Assembly: GCA_046497275.1 (NCBI GenBank)
Contig: JAWOFX010000053.1
Location: forward strand, 1-32,000
DNA from: Promethearchaeia archaeon
GTDB lineage: Archaea > Asgardarchaeota > Lokiarchaeia > Sigyniarchaeales > SOKP01
Direction of reading: 5' to 3'
Length of the DNA stretch: 32,000 nt
Shown: piece after piece, positions 16,809 to 25,751 of the stretch
How positions within the stretch are numbered: the first letter of the stretch is position 1
Layout: each line of letters starts with the position of its first letter
The notes under the pieces: generated by a model
What the model saw: the letters and a program-made list of their open reading frames with translations, nothing else
The model's database searches: none
What the model was told of the DNA's origin: nothing
Translations under genes and position numbers: made by a program

Positions 16809-18863
16809 GTGAAGTTAATTCATAATACATTTGATGAGAAAAGAGAAATCGCTGGATTTTCTAAAGACGAGTTAATAGAGATTAAAAAAAAGATCTCAGA
16901 GTTTAAATCTAACAAAATTGATCAATCAGAATTTATGGAGATACTCCAGAGTAAGTTTTCAGAGGAATTATTGGAAGGGCACTCAAAATATATTGAAAAT
17001 ATGGTCAAATTTATAGAATTATATTTCTCAAAATTTTTAACAAGTGCAGAAGAGCATCAATATAATTTTTACTACCTGAAATCGGGGTTATTAGAAGAAT
17101 TAGAATTAATTTATAAAAATCTTTTAAATTTGAAATTGAATGCTCAAAATACGAAGAGATTTTTAAAAGATAATACATATCTAAAATCATATATTACCCA
17201 AATTAATAATATTTCTGAACTCAATAAGGATCTTCAATTAAAGTTAAAAAAGAAGGGAAATGCTCCAATAGAATATGAGGATATTTCTCATATATGGCTT
17301 GAGATAAATAGAATTAAGAACCTCCTTTATAAAATTATCGATACAGAAGAATTAGAAACTTGGGAAGAATTGTCAAATGTATTTAAGTTTTTAAAGAAAA
17401 AGGGGGAGAAAGAAGTAAAAGGTGGCCTTTTTAGTAAGAAAGAAGCGGAAGTAATTTTTGAATTTAAAATATTAAATGATTATATCTCCAGCTCACAACA
17501 AGAGAACTTCAATTTCTATTGCGATTTATATTATCTCCTATATTTAAACGAAATATTAACTGAATTAAAAGAGCAAGAGTTTTCAAACATACTTGAACGT
17601 AAAGAAGTTAAAGTCCAACTAAGAAATTATATGCGTTCTATTATAAAAGATCTGATTTTTATAAAATTAGATAACTTCATTCAAGAGATAAAATCTTTTA
17701 AAGAGGGGGCTGAATATGATAAAGAAGATATTAAAGCAGACATCGATAATTTAAAAAATGAGAAGATTAAAATTTTATTGCCAAAATTAGTTGATCTTTA
17801 TTTTATTGGGTTAGAAAATCATTATCAATTATTAACTACAAATATACAGGATACTCAAAAATTTGATGAGATAATAGATGAATATTCAGAAAAAATTGAT
17901 AGGTTTTATGATATAATTGAGAAAATAAAAGATTATACATCAAACTATGACACATTTTTGAAACCATATGAAGAGATGCTGATTTCTTTACGTAAAATCT
18001 TCTCAAATCTTTTAGAAGACATATATAGACGTAAGGGAGAATTTAACTATTACTTAGAAGCTATTAAAAAAGAGAGAATGAAAGAAGATATAAGATCATT
18101 TACTTCAGAAAAAATTAAAGAATTAAACTCTCTGATTGAAAAATATCGAGATGAAATAGCTATATTATTAAAAGAGAAAATGCCCCAGTTAGAGAGTGTC
18201 GAAGAAATTATAATTACTTACAAAGATCAAATAAATAAGATTAAAGATGATTTATATCACAAGTTAAGAGAGCATGAGAAAAAAGATTTAGATCAATATC
18301 AGATTATCAAACAATGGGAAGAAAATTATAAAAGAAGTAAAGAGCAAATAGGTTTTTTATTATCACAGTATTTGACGAATCTTTATAAAGATTTTGAAGG
18401 AATAATCGAAAAAGAAGAGGCACTTTTCGAAAGAGTTAAGGAAATTACAAAATATAGCGGAGATCAAGAAGAATTACCCTTGAATTATGCCTTTTCCACA
18501 TTTTTATCAGATAAACTAACAGAAGAGGAATTACGGGAAAGAATGGTGGAATTGAAAGCAAAGCTTAATAAATTAAGACACCTCGAGAGATTGTATGAGG
18601 ATGAATTATCACAATTAAAAGACAATTTAGAAACTAAGGTCAAAATTAGAGAGGGGATTTCAACTTCAAATGTAGAATGTTCTGTTTGTAGGAAAAAGAT
18701 TAATTTCGCAAAAGATAAAATAATTAAATGCCCTTTCTGTGGAGCTATTTATCATTATCTTTGTGTAGCATTTTGGCTTTCAAAATATAATAGTTGTCCC
18801 TCTTGTCAGAATGTTTTCTTAGATCCAAACCAAAATATTTATGAAACACAACCAGAAGAATAA
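16809..18863 (+). CDS. Large helical/coiled-coil protein with C-terminal C4HC3 RING-variant finger (putative E3 ligase)
   Basis: aa 624-666 read CSVC-x13-CPFC-x4-HYLC-x3-W-x6-CPSC; the preceding ~600 aa are K/E/L/I-rich and helical. GTG start. Confidence 0.8.
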   Translation: MKLIHNTFDEKREIAGFSKDELIEIKKKISEFKSNKIDQSEFMEILQSKFSEELLEGHSKYIENMVKFIELYFSKFLTSAEEHQYNFYYLKSGLLEELELIYKNLLNLKLNAQNTKRFLKDNTYLKSYITQINNISELNKDLQLKLKKKGNAPIEYEDISHIWLEINRIKNLLYKIIDTEELETWEELSNVFKFLKKKGEKEVKGGLFSKKEAEVIFEFKILNDYISSSQQENFNFYCDLYYLLYLNEILTELKEQEFSNILERKEVKVQLRNYMRSIIKDLIFIKLDNFIQEIKSFKEGAEYDKEDIKADIDNLKNEKIKILLPKLVDLYFIGLENHYQLLTTNIQDTQKFDEIIDEYSEKIDRFYDIIEKIKDYTSNYDTFLKPYEEMLISLRKIFSNLLEDIYRRKGEFNYYLEAIKKERMKEDIRSFTSEKIKELNSLIEKYRDEIAILLKEKMPQLESVEEIIITYKDQINKIKDDLYHKLREHEKKDLDQYQIIKQWEENYKRSKEQIGFLLSQYLTNLYKDFEGIIEKEEALFERVKEITKYSGDQEELPLNYAFSTFLSDKLTEEELRERMVELKAKLNKLRHLERLYEDELSQLKDNLETKVKIREGISTSNVECSVCRKKINFAKDKIIKCPFCGAIYHYLCVAFWLSKYNSCPSCQNVFLDPNQNIYETQPEE

Positions 18864-18879
18864 ATAACATATAAAGTTA

Positions 18880-19128
18880 TTATTTTTGGATTTTTAAAAA
18901 TTCAGATACTTCTGTTGCCCTTACTGAAAAGTTAGAATCAATATACATTGTTATTGCATGAAAATGTCCTCCATTATGAGAATGGCAATGTGTATATTTA
19001 ACAGGCCAGTGTGAGATTTTACTTAAATCTATAGTATTTATGTCAATATCTTTTCCATAAATTGGCTTCTTACAAATAGGGCAAATTGCGAGCAATTTTT
19101 TCATAAGGAGGGCTCTAGAATTAGACAT
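18880..19128 (-). CDS. Small putative Zn-binding protein (CxxC plus His cluster)
   Basis: CPICKKPI...HCHSH...HFHAITMYIDSNFSVRATE; 82 aa, convergent with the RING gene. Confidence 0.7.
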   Translation of the reverse strand: MSNSRALLMKKLLAICPICKKPIYGKDIDINTIDLSKISHWPVKYTHCHSHNGGHFHAITMYIDSNFSVRATEVSEFLKIQK

Positions 19129-19282
19129 TGTTTTTCAACTTTCTTGAGTTTAGGAAAAAAAGATAATAAAGCTTAAAATAATTTAATAATATTCAGATCA
19201 TATTTATTTCCGAATATAGATGGGAGTAAATTCTTATTATTAAATTCTATAGATTTGAAACTAAGTATTTATAATATTTATT

Positions 19283-19960
19283 TTAGAAAATAAAAAATAG
19301 ATTAAACTCTGGAAAAAATATTATTTTTAGAGATAAGTATGTCCCGAAAAAAATCATAAAAGCACCACAGATTATTAAAACCCATCGATATATCTTGGGG
19401 TTTAATGATTTTCCTCCTATATACACAATGATAGAAATTGGCCAAAACCAAATCAGATCCCCCATTTCATGTCCCAAATAAAACATTAATAATCCAAGCG
19501 GATCTTGAAAACTTATATTCAAACTAATCATCAAACCTAATCCGATACCAGCCCACCAAAGAGTCCAAAATGGGTTAGATAAACTTACTATAATTCCTCC
19601 CAAAAAACTATTTCCGGTAAATCCTTTAATATCTTCTTCTTTTATTTCAGCAAGATCAATATCAATTGGTTTATTGTATATATCTTTTATAACCATAAGT
19701 CCGAAAACAATCAGTAAAATCCCACCAACAATTCCAATGGTTGTATATACAATTACATTTTGTAGAAAGAGCGAGGCCCCTAATAATAATGCGATGATTA
19801 ACCCAAATTCTAAACTTGCATGGCCTAAGGTAATAAATAAACCTGCAAGATATCCTCTTTCACCTTTAAGCGAACGATAAATAGTAAATGTGAGGACTGG
19901 ACCAGGAGATAATGCTCCGGTGAGGGCTACTAAAAAAGAAACTATGAAAATATTAATCAT
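19283..19960 (-). CDS. LysE-family amino-acid exporter
   Basis: ALSPGP, G...GL.ITLGH, FLGGIIVSLSNPFWTLWW; multiple TM helices. Confidence 0.92.
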   Translation of the reverse strand: MINIFIVSFLVALTGALSPGPVLTFTIYRSLKGERGYLAGLFITLGHASLEFGLIIALLLGASLFLQNVIVYTTIGIVGGILLIVFGLMVIKDIYNKPIDIDLAEIKEEDIKGFTGNSFLGGIIVSLSNPFWTLWWAGIGLGLMISLNISFQDPLGLLMFYLGHEMGDLIWFWPISIIVYIGGKSLNPKIYRWVLIICGAFMIFFGTYLSLKIIFFPEFNLFFIF

Positions 19961-19989
19961 AAAAATATGAATATTAAGTTTAATTTGAA

Positions 19990-21246
19990 TTATTCTCTTA
20001 TCTGACCATTTCCATAAATTATATATTTAGTTGAAGTTAATTGATTCACTCCCATTGGACCGCGAGCATGTAATTTCTGCGTTGAGATTCCTATCTCAGC
20101 CCCTAATCCAAATACGCCCCCATCAGTTAGTCGAGTTGCTGCGTTAACATAAACTGCTGCAGCATCTACCCGATAGAGAAATTCTCTTCCATGATCATAA
20201 TTCTGAGTTATAATTGTCTCTGTATGCTTTGAATCATATTTGGTAATGATTTCAATTGCCTCATTGATATCCTTAACAGTTCTTATACAAATTTTTAACG
20301 AAAGATATTCTGCACTCCAATCATCTTCTGTAGCGGGAATTATATCAGAAACTAATCTTTGTGTCTCTTGATCTCCCCTAACTTCAACCCCATTTTCCCG
20401 TAGTAATTTAACAATTCTAGGAATATATTGTTCTTTAATATCTTCATGTATTAGTAATTTATCTAAAGCATTACATACAGCGGGGTAAGAACACTTTGAA
20501 TTAATTATTATCTTATCTGCCATATCAAAATCGGCATCATAATTAACAAATATACTAACGATTCCTATCCCTGTTTCGATGGTAGGAACTAAAGAATTTG
20601 TTATTACTTTTTGAATGAGAGTTTCTCCTCCTCGAGGGATAATCACATCAATGTAATCTTTTAACTTGAGCATTTCATCCACATATACTCTATCTGTATC
20701 TCTTACAATTTGGATACAATTATCAGGTAAGCCTTCTGTTATAGCAGCATTGTTTAATATATCTGCAATCGCTATATTTGAATTAATCGCTTCACTTCCC
20801 CCTCTTAAGATGATTGCATTACCAGATTTTATACATAATCCAGCAGCATCTGCGGTTACATTAGGTCTCGATTCATATATAATTCCCACGATTCCTAATG
20901 GTACTCTTATTTTTCCTATATCCATTCCATTTGGCCTCCTCCACATTGAGATTACCTCGTTGATAGGATCCGGAAATGTAGCAATTTCTCTAAGACCCTC
21001 AGCAATTTTATGAATCTTCTCTTGATTTAAAATCAATCGATCTATTTTAGATTGCTCTAAGTTATTCATCTTTGCATTTTGGAGGTCTAAGGCGTTTGCT
21101 TTGATGATAGATTCCGAGTTTTTTTCTAAATCATCAGCCATTCGCATTAATGCGTTATCTTTCAAGGCGGTGGAAATATTTTTCAAATCAAATGCTGCAT
21201 TTTTAGCTTTTGCACCCATATCTTTCATTTTATTTTCAATAGACAT
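19990..21246 (-). CDS. proA: Gamma-glutamyl phosphate reductase
   Basis: RVPLGIVGIIYESRPNVT, LRGGSEA, IPRGGE, catalytic AVCNALD, GAEIGISTQKLHARGPMG. Confidence 0.97.
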   Translation of the reverse strand: MSIENKMKDMGAKAKNAAFDLKNISTALKDNALMRMADDLEKNSESIIKANALDLQNAKMNNLEQSKIDRLILNQEKIHKIAEGLREIATFPDPINEVISMWRRPNGMDIGKIRVPLGIVGIIYESRPNVTADAAGLCIKSGNAIILRGGSEAINSNIAIADILNNAAITEGLPDNCIQIVRDTDRVYVDEMLKLKDYIDVIIPRGGETLIQKVITNSLVPTIETGIGIVSIFVNYDADFDMADKIIINSKCSYPAVCNALDKLLIHEDIKEQYIPRIVKLLRENGVEVRGDQETQRLVSDIIPATEDDWSAEYLSLKICIRTVKDINEAIEIITKYDSKHTETIITQNYDHGREFLYRVDAAAVYVNAATRLTDGGVFGLGAEIGISTQKLHARGPMGVNQLTSTKYIIYGNGQIRE

Positions 21247-21330
21247 TATACTCTCACCAATTTGATTATTCCAATAATGGTTAAATTACAAAAAGTTAAG
21301 TAATTTTCTCTTTATGGTCATAAAAAATTT

Positions 21331-22128
21331 TTATTTTTGAGGAATAAAATAAGTACCAATTTCTTTTCCCATCAAAATATCTTTTAATGAAATTCCATCA
21401 TAACTTGTTATTATCACAGGAATACCAATATTGGTTAATTTTTTGATGGCATTAATTTTACTACGCATACCTCCAAAAGTAATACCTCCATCAATATCTT
21501 CAACTATTTTTTCGATTTCATCATTTATTTCTTCGATAGAAGTTATGATTTCAGCATCATCATGAATATTCGGATTTTTATTACATAATCCCTTTACATC
21601 AGTTAAAATTATGAGTAAATCTACAAATAATAATATAGAAACTAATCCTGAAAGTTTATCATTATCTCCATAGCTCAATTCTTCAATAGCTACCGAATCA
21701 TTTTCATTAATTATCGGTACTATATCCTTCTTAAGCAGAACTTCCAATGTATTTCTAGTATTAGCTCTTCGGGTTGAATCCTTCATATCATCCGAAGATA
21801 ATAAAACTTGGCCTATGTGTAATCCATATTTATTAAATTCTTGTTGATATATTTTCATGAGATAAATTTGTCCGACAGAAGCAAGTGCCTGTAATTCTTT
21901 ATACTCCGAGGGTCTTTTTTGCAGGCCTAACTTTGCCAATCCGCATCCAATTGCTCCACTACTAACTATAATAATTTCATATCCTTCTTTTTTTAATTGT
22001 GCTATTTCTTTGACAAATGATTCTATCTTATCGCAATATATCTCAGCTACACCATCAGTAATCATTTGCGTACTTACTTTTATAACGATTCTTCTGATTT
22101 TTGAAGGAAAGGACCTAATATTTATCAA
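21331..22128 (-). CDS. proB: Glutamate 5-kinase (short form, no PUA domain)
   Basis: IIIVSSGAIGCG, QALASVGQ, PIINENDSV, GDNDKLS, LTDVKGL, GGMRSKI. TTG start. Confidence 0.95.
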   Translation of the reverse strand: MINIRSFPSKIRRIVIKVSTQMITDGVAEIYCDKIESFVKEIAQLKKEGYEIIIVSSGAIGCGLAKLGLQKRPSEYKELQALASVGQIYLMKIYQQEFNKYGLHIGQVLLSSDDMKDSTRRANTRNTLEVLLKKDIVPIINENDSVAIEELSYGDNDKLSGLVSILLFVDLLIILTDVKGLCNKNPNIHDDAEIITSIEEINDEIEKIVEDIDGGITFGGMRSKINAIKKLTNIGIPVIITSYDGISLKDILMGKEIGTYFIPQK

Positions 22129-22408
22129 CCAATAAAGAAATAATTACTATCTATAGGTTATGTAGAAAATTATAAAATTTAGAGTTTTAGATTTTTATTC
22201 TCTTGATATATTTTTATAGCATTGTAAAAAATCTAAATTTTTCACACTTTTTGAGAGGATTAATTGAAATCTTTTCAACTGAAATAAGGAGATCTATAAT
22301 AATTTTTCATTGTAATATGGGGATCATCATCATTTCTATTAATTAAAAAAAAATTTAAAATAGAATCGTTCAATATTCAAGTTAGAAAAATAGAGAGAAT
22401 TTAAAAAA

Positions 22409-23797
22409 ATGGAATTTAATATACTAGAAAAGACACCATTATACGACACTTTTTCTCATTTGGGAAAACGGATTTTCTTGCCTGATGGAATATTCTATTG
22501 GTCGAAAAGAGCTAAAAAAGAGGCTGAGCTCATTGGGACGATTGGTTCAGCATTTTCTTATGACTATGATATTGTGAATGGTGGTTCTGATGAATGGGTT
22601 CCTTGTTATTTGGAAGAAATCAAAAAGTATACAAATTTAAACATAAAAGATATAGTGCCTTACGCATCTATAGGAGGCTTATCGGAATTAAGATCTATTT
22701 GGAAAGAGTGGATAATCTATAAATCAAATATAAATCCTAACACACAAGAAGATGAATTATCTCATCTTAGAAACTTTATTACAGAACCAATTGTTACAGC
22801 AGGGGTTACTAATGGAATATATATGGCGTCCTTATTATTTCTGAATCCAGAAGAATGTATAATCTGTCCAAATAAAAGATGGGGAAATTATGATAATATC
22901 ATTGTGAAAAATCTTGGTGCTCGAATTAAATCGTTTGATTTTTTTAAAGATCAAAAAATCAATTTAGAGGGTCTGAAAAACTCGATTATTCAAGTTTCAG
23001 AATCCCAAGATAAAGTCATCATATTGCTTAATTTTCCCAATAATCCCACCGGATATGTCCCTACTCTCAACGAGGCAAATCAACTGATAGAATTATTAAA
23101 AAATACACAATCAAAATTAAAGATTCCATTTATAATATTTATTGATGATGCCTATGAACCTTATGTATATTCTGAGGGAAGAGAAATATTGGAAAGATCA
23201 TTTTTTTATGAACTCCAACAACTCCCAGAGGATATTATACCTGTTAAATTAGATGGAATTACAAAAGAACTCTTGTTTTATGGAGGGAGAATTGGATTTA
23301 TCACCATCGGTTTGAAAGCAAGTTGGGTAAGACATGATGAGGATTTGAATAAATTAAAGACCCAGATTAATAATAAGTTAGAAGGAGTCAACAGAAGCAC
23401 AATATCGAATGCAAATCACTTTTATCAGAAAGTTGCTATTAATATGTTCCAAGATTTTGGGATGGAAAAAATAGTTAGATCTCGAAATAAAGTAAAAGAG
23501 ATTCTTAGAGAGCGATTTGAGATAATAAATCAAGAACTAACTAAGATAAAGTCGCGTGATATTTCCATCGATCCGAACTCGGGAGGGTTCTTTTTATTTA
23601 TGAATCTTAATAGCAAAAAGATAAAAGCTAAAGAGTTTGCTGATTATCTACTGAAAAAATATAAGGTGGGAGTAATTCCAATTGAAAATCCAAATGAAAA
23701 TATTAATGGAATTCGGATAGCATATTGTTCTATTCACAAGGATCATATAGCAGAGTTTATCAACCGTATCAAAAAAGCGTTGAAGGATATGGATTAA
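22409..23797 (+). CDS. PLP-dependent aminotransferase, class I/II fold
   Basis: LNFPNNPTGY, IDDAYE, Schiff-base Lys in LDGITKE, GGRIGF, GIRIAYCS. Confidence 0.9.
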   Translation: MEFNILEKTPLYDTFSHLGKRIFLPDGIFYWSKRAKKEAELIGTIGSAFSYDYDIVNGGSDEWVPCYLEEIKKYTNLNIKDIVPYASIGGLSELRSIWKEWIIYKSNINPNTQEDELSHLRNFITEPIVTAGVTNGIYMASLLFLNPEECIICPNKRWGNYDNIIVKNLGARIKSFDFFKDQKINLEGLKNSIIQVSESQDKVIILLNFPNNPTGYVPTLNEANQLIELLKNTQSKLKIPFIIFIDDAYEPYVYSEGREILERSFFYELQQLPEDIIPVKLDGITKELLFYGGRIGFITIGLKASWVRHDEDLNKLKTQINNKLEGVNRSTISNANHFYQKVAINMFQDFGMEKIVRSRNKVKEILRERFEIINQELTKIKSRDISIDPNSGGFFLFMNLNSKKIKAKEFADYLLKKYKVGVIPIENPNENINGIRIAYCSIHKDHIAEFINRIKKALKDMD

Positions 23798-23991
23798 TTC
23801 AAAATTTAATCTTTTTGTCGCAAACATTCTTTTATTTTATTTATTATCATTTTTCTTATTCAAAATAAATAATATACTTCAATAAAATTCTCTTTTTTTT
23901 AACACGAAATTTTTGATAACTCAATATTTTTATAACGGTTTATTTATATTTATAATAATTATATAAGTAAAATTTGTGTTGAGGAATTAAT

Positions 23992-25005
23992 ATGAAACTT
24001 TACCTAGTAGATAAAGGTGAACTGAAAGAAATCAATAAACCAGTGTTTTCAACTGGAGATGTGTATATCTTAGACAATAATCATACAATTTATGTTTGGA
24101 TTGGAAGTAAATGTAGTGTTGATGAAAAGACTTCTGGAGCAGCTCAAGCACGAACATTGGATCAAGAACGCGGGGGTGCTGCCAAAATAATTACTATAGA
24201 TCAAGGACAAGAAACAGATGATTTCCTTAAATTAATAGCTGATATGGGAGCGATGAAGATCGTAAACAAAAACATCGCAAAAACTATGTTAAAGGATGTA
24301 TACACTGGAGATTTTGCTGGATTTACTGAACATAAAAATGTTCTCTATCGTGTTAGCTCCGAAGAATTTGAAGATATTAACACGATGAAGATGGTACAAG
24401 TTCCTTACTCTGAGGACTCTCTGGATTCCGAAGATTGTTTTGTTATGGATTTAGGAACAAAAGTTTATGTATGGCAAGGAAATGCATGTAATGTTAAGGA
24501 AAAGGTGAAAGCGGGACAATGGGCAAGAAAGATAGATGTTGATAGAGCAGGATCTCAAAATGAAGAGATTTTTGAGGAAGGAGATGATATGCGATTCATT
24601 GAAGCTCTGAAAAAAGGAACAGATTATAAAGAATCTGATGCGGTTCAGTTAGAAGCTGAATCAGTGATGGAAGAAGAACCTCCTGAACAAAAAATCGAGC
24701 GTGAACATAAATCAGAGATTCGAGATGCAGAACCAGAAGAAAGAGTGTCTATAAAGCCAGAAGCACCTAAGATTAAGGAATCTGCTGCTTCAAAAGCCAG
24801 TCCTGGAATACCTGGTCGACGGGATGATTCCATCCTAACTATAGAAAAGACAGAGGGTAGGAGAGTATGTCCTAACTGTGGAGAAGAGAACCCGCATATG
24901 TTACATGAGAGCATCGATAAAAGCAATGTTATAATGGATTATCCACGCGTGTATGGAAAGAAGTATAAGTGTGGCTCTTGTGGAACCGAATGGCGTGAAA
25001 AGTAA
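23992..25005 (+). CDS. Two-domain gelsolin-like actin regulator with acidic linker and C-terminal Zn ribbon
   Basis: Domain 1: FSTGDVYILD..IYVWIGSKCSVDEK. Domain 2: LDSEDCFVMDLGTKVYVWQGNACNVKEK. C-terminal CPNCG...CGSCG. Confidence 0.9.
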   Translation: MKLYLVDKGELKEINKPVFSTGDVYILDNNHTIYVWIGSKCSVDEKTSGAAQARTLDQERGGAAKIITIDQGQETDDFLKLIADMGAMKIVNKNIAKTMLKDVYTGDFAGFTEHKNVLYRVSSEEFEDINTMKMVQVPYSEDSLDSEDCFVMDLGTKVYVWQGNACNVKEKVKAGQWARKIDVDRAGSQNEEIFEEGDDMRFIEALKKGTDYKESDAVQLEAESVMEEEPPEQKIEREHKSEIRDAEPEERVSIKPEAPKIKESAASKASPGIPGRRDDSILTIEKTEGRRVCPNCGEENPHMLHESIDKSNVIMDYPRVYGKKYKCGSCGTEWREK

Positions 25006-25147
25006 ACCTAATTTATTTTTTTAATTTTTTTGTTTTTCTAATTCTTATAAATTTTCAAATCTCGTCTTAGAAAGTTTATTCGTCTATATTTTTTATCCTT
25101 TATTTTTTTAAATTAGTTATTGATATTTTTTAGTCTTTAATGGATTC

Positions 25148-25642
25148 TTATAATTTAGATAGGAAATCTTCAATATCCTTAATAAATTTCAAAGTTCCTT
25201 GTTCAATCTCCTTCGTAAGGTTATCTAAATCGCGAAAATTAGGGTTTTTAACTAAAATATACTCGACTATAGAATCAATTCCCTTTATATTCGAAGGAAT
25301 GGTATATTTATTCAAATTACTTTCTTTAAATAAGTTCCAGTATTCTTCTTGAACAGTTTTATTAACGCCTACTAACCACACATCAAATCTGAACGCTTCG
25401 TAAAGGAAGACTATGGCAATTTTCAATTTTCGGGATTTTAATGTGGGTGTAAAGATGGCAAAATATGACATATCCATATAGCCTTGATATAAATTTCCGG
25501 ATATGGTATATTCACGATAAGTGTTCATAAAATAGGTTCTTAAGGTCCTTAAGTATTCCATCAATCCTCTATATGCTTCAATGATGATGCCCTTGTCCAG
25601 CTGTTTTTTATATTCCATCATGTTTTCATGAAAAGAGTCCAT
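25148..25642 (-). CDS. Conserved hypothetical protein (resembles the DUF7000-type family of bacteria and methanogens)
   Basis: YQGYMDMSYF...LKIAIVF....RFDVWLVGVNK.VQ..YW motif recalled from a widespread uncharacterised family; not searched. Confidence 0.6.
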   Translation of the reverse strand: MDSFHENMMEYKKQLDKGIIIEAYRGLMEYLRTLRTYFMNTYREYTISGNLYQGYMDMSYFAIFTPTLKSRKLKIAIVFLYEAFRFDVWLVGVNKTVQEEYWNLFKESNLNKYTIPSNIKGIDSIVEYILVKNPNFRDLDNLTKEIEQGTLKFIKDIEDFLSKL

Positions 25643-25751
25643 TTTTAATTCTCAACCAAAATCACTATTTATGTTGGATACCAAAAAGAAATAGAATTAA
25701 AATAATTATGTAATTTTTAAAGATCCTAGTTAATTAAAAAAGAGATTGATA

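Noticed and set aside
16809-18863. Calling the RING protein a Bre1/RNF20 ortholog acting on the nearby histone
   Set aside because: Only the size and layout are similar. Bre1 has a C3HC4 RING whereas this one is C4HC3, and the histone gene is ~3.5 kb away on the other strand.
21331-23797. Divergent aminotransferase completing a ProB/ProA to ornithine route
   Set aside because: Ornithine/semialdehyde aminotransferases are class III, and this enzyme has class I/II motifs; adjacency alone is insufficient.
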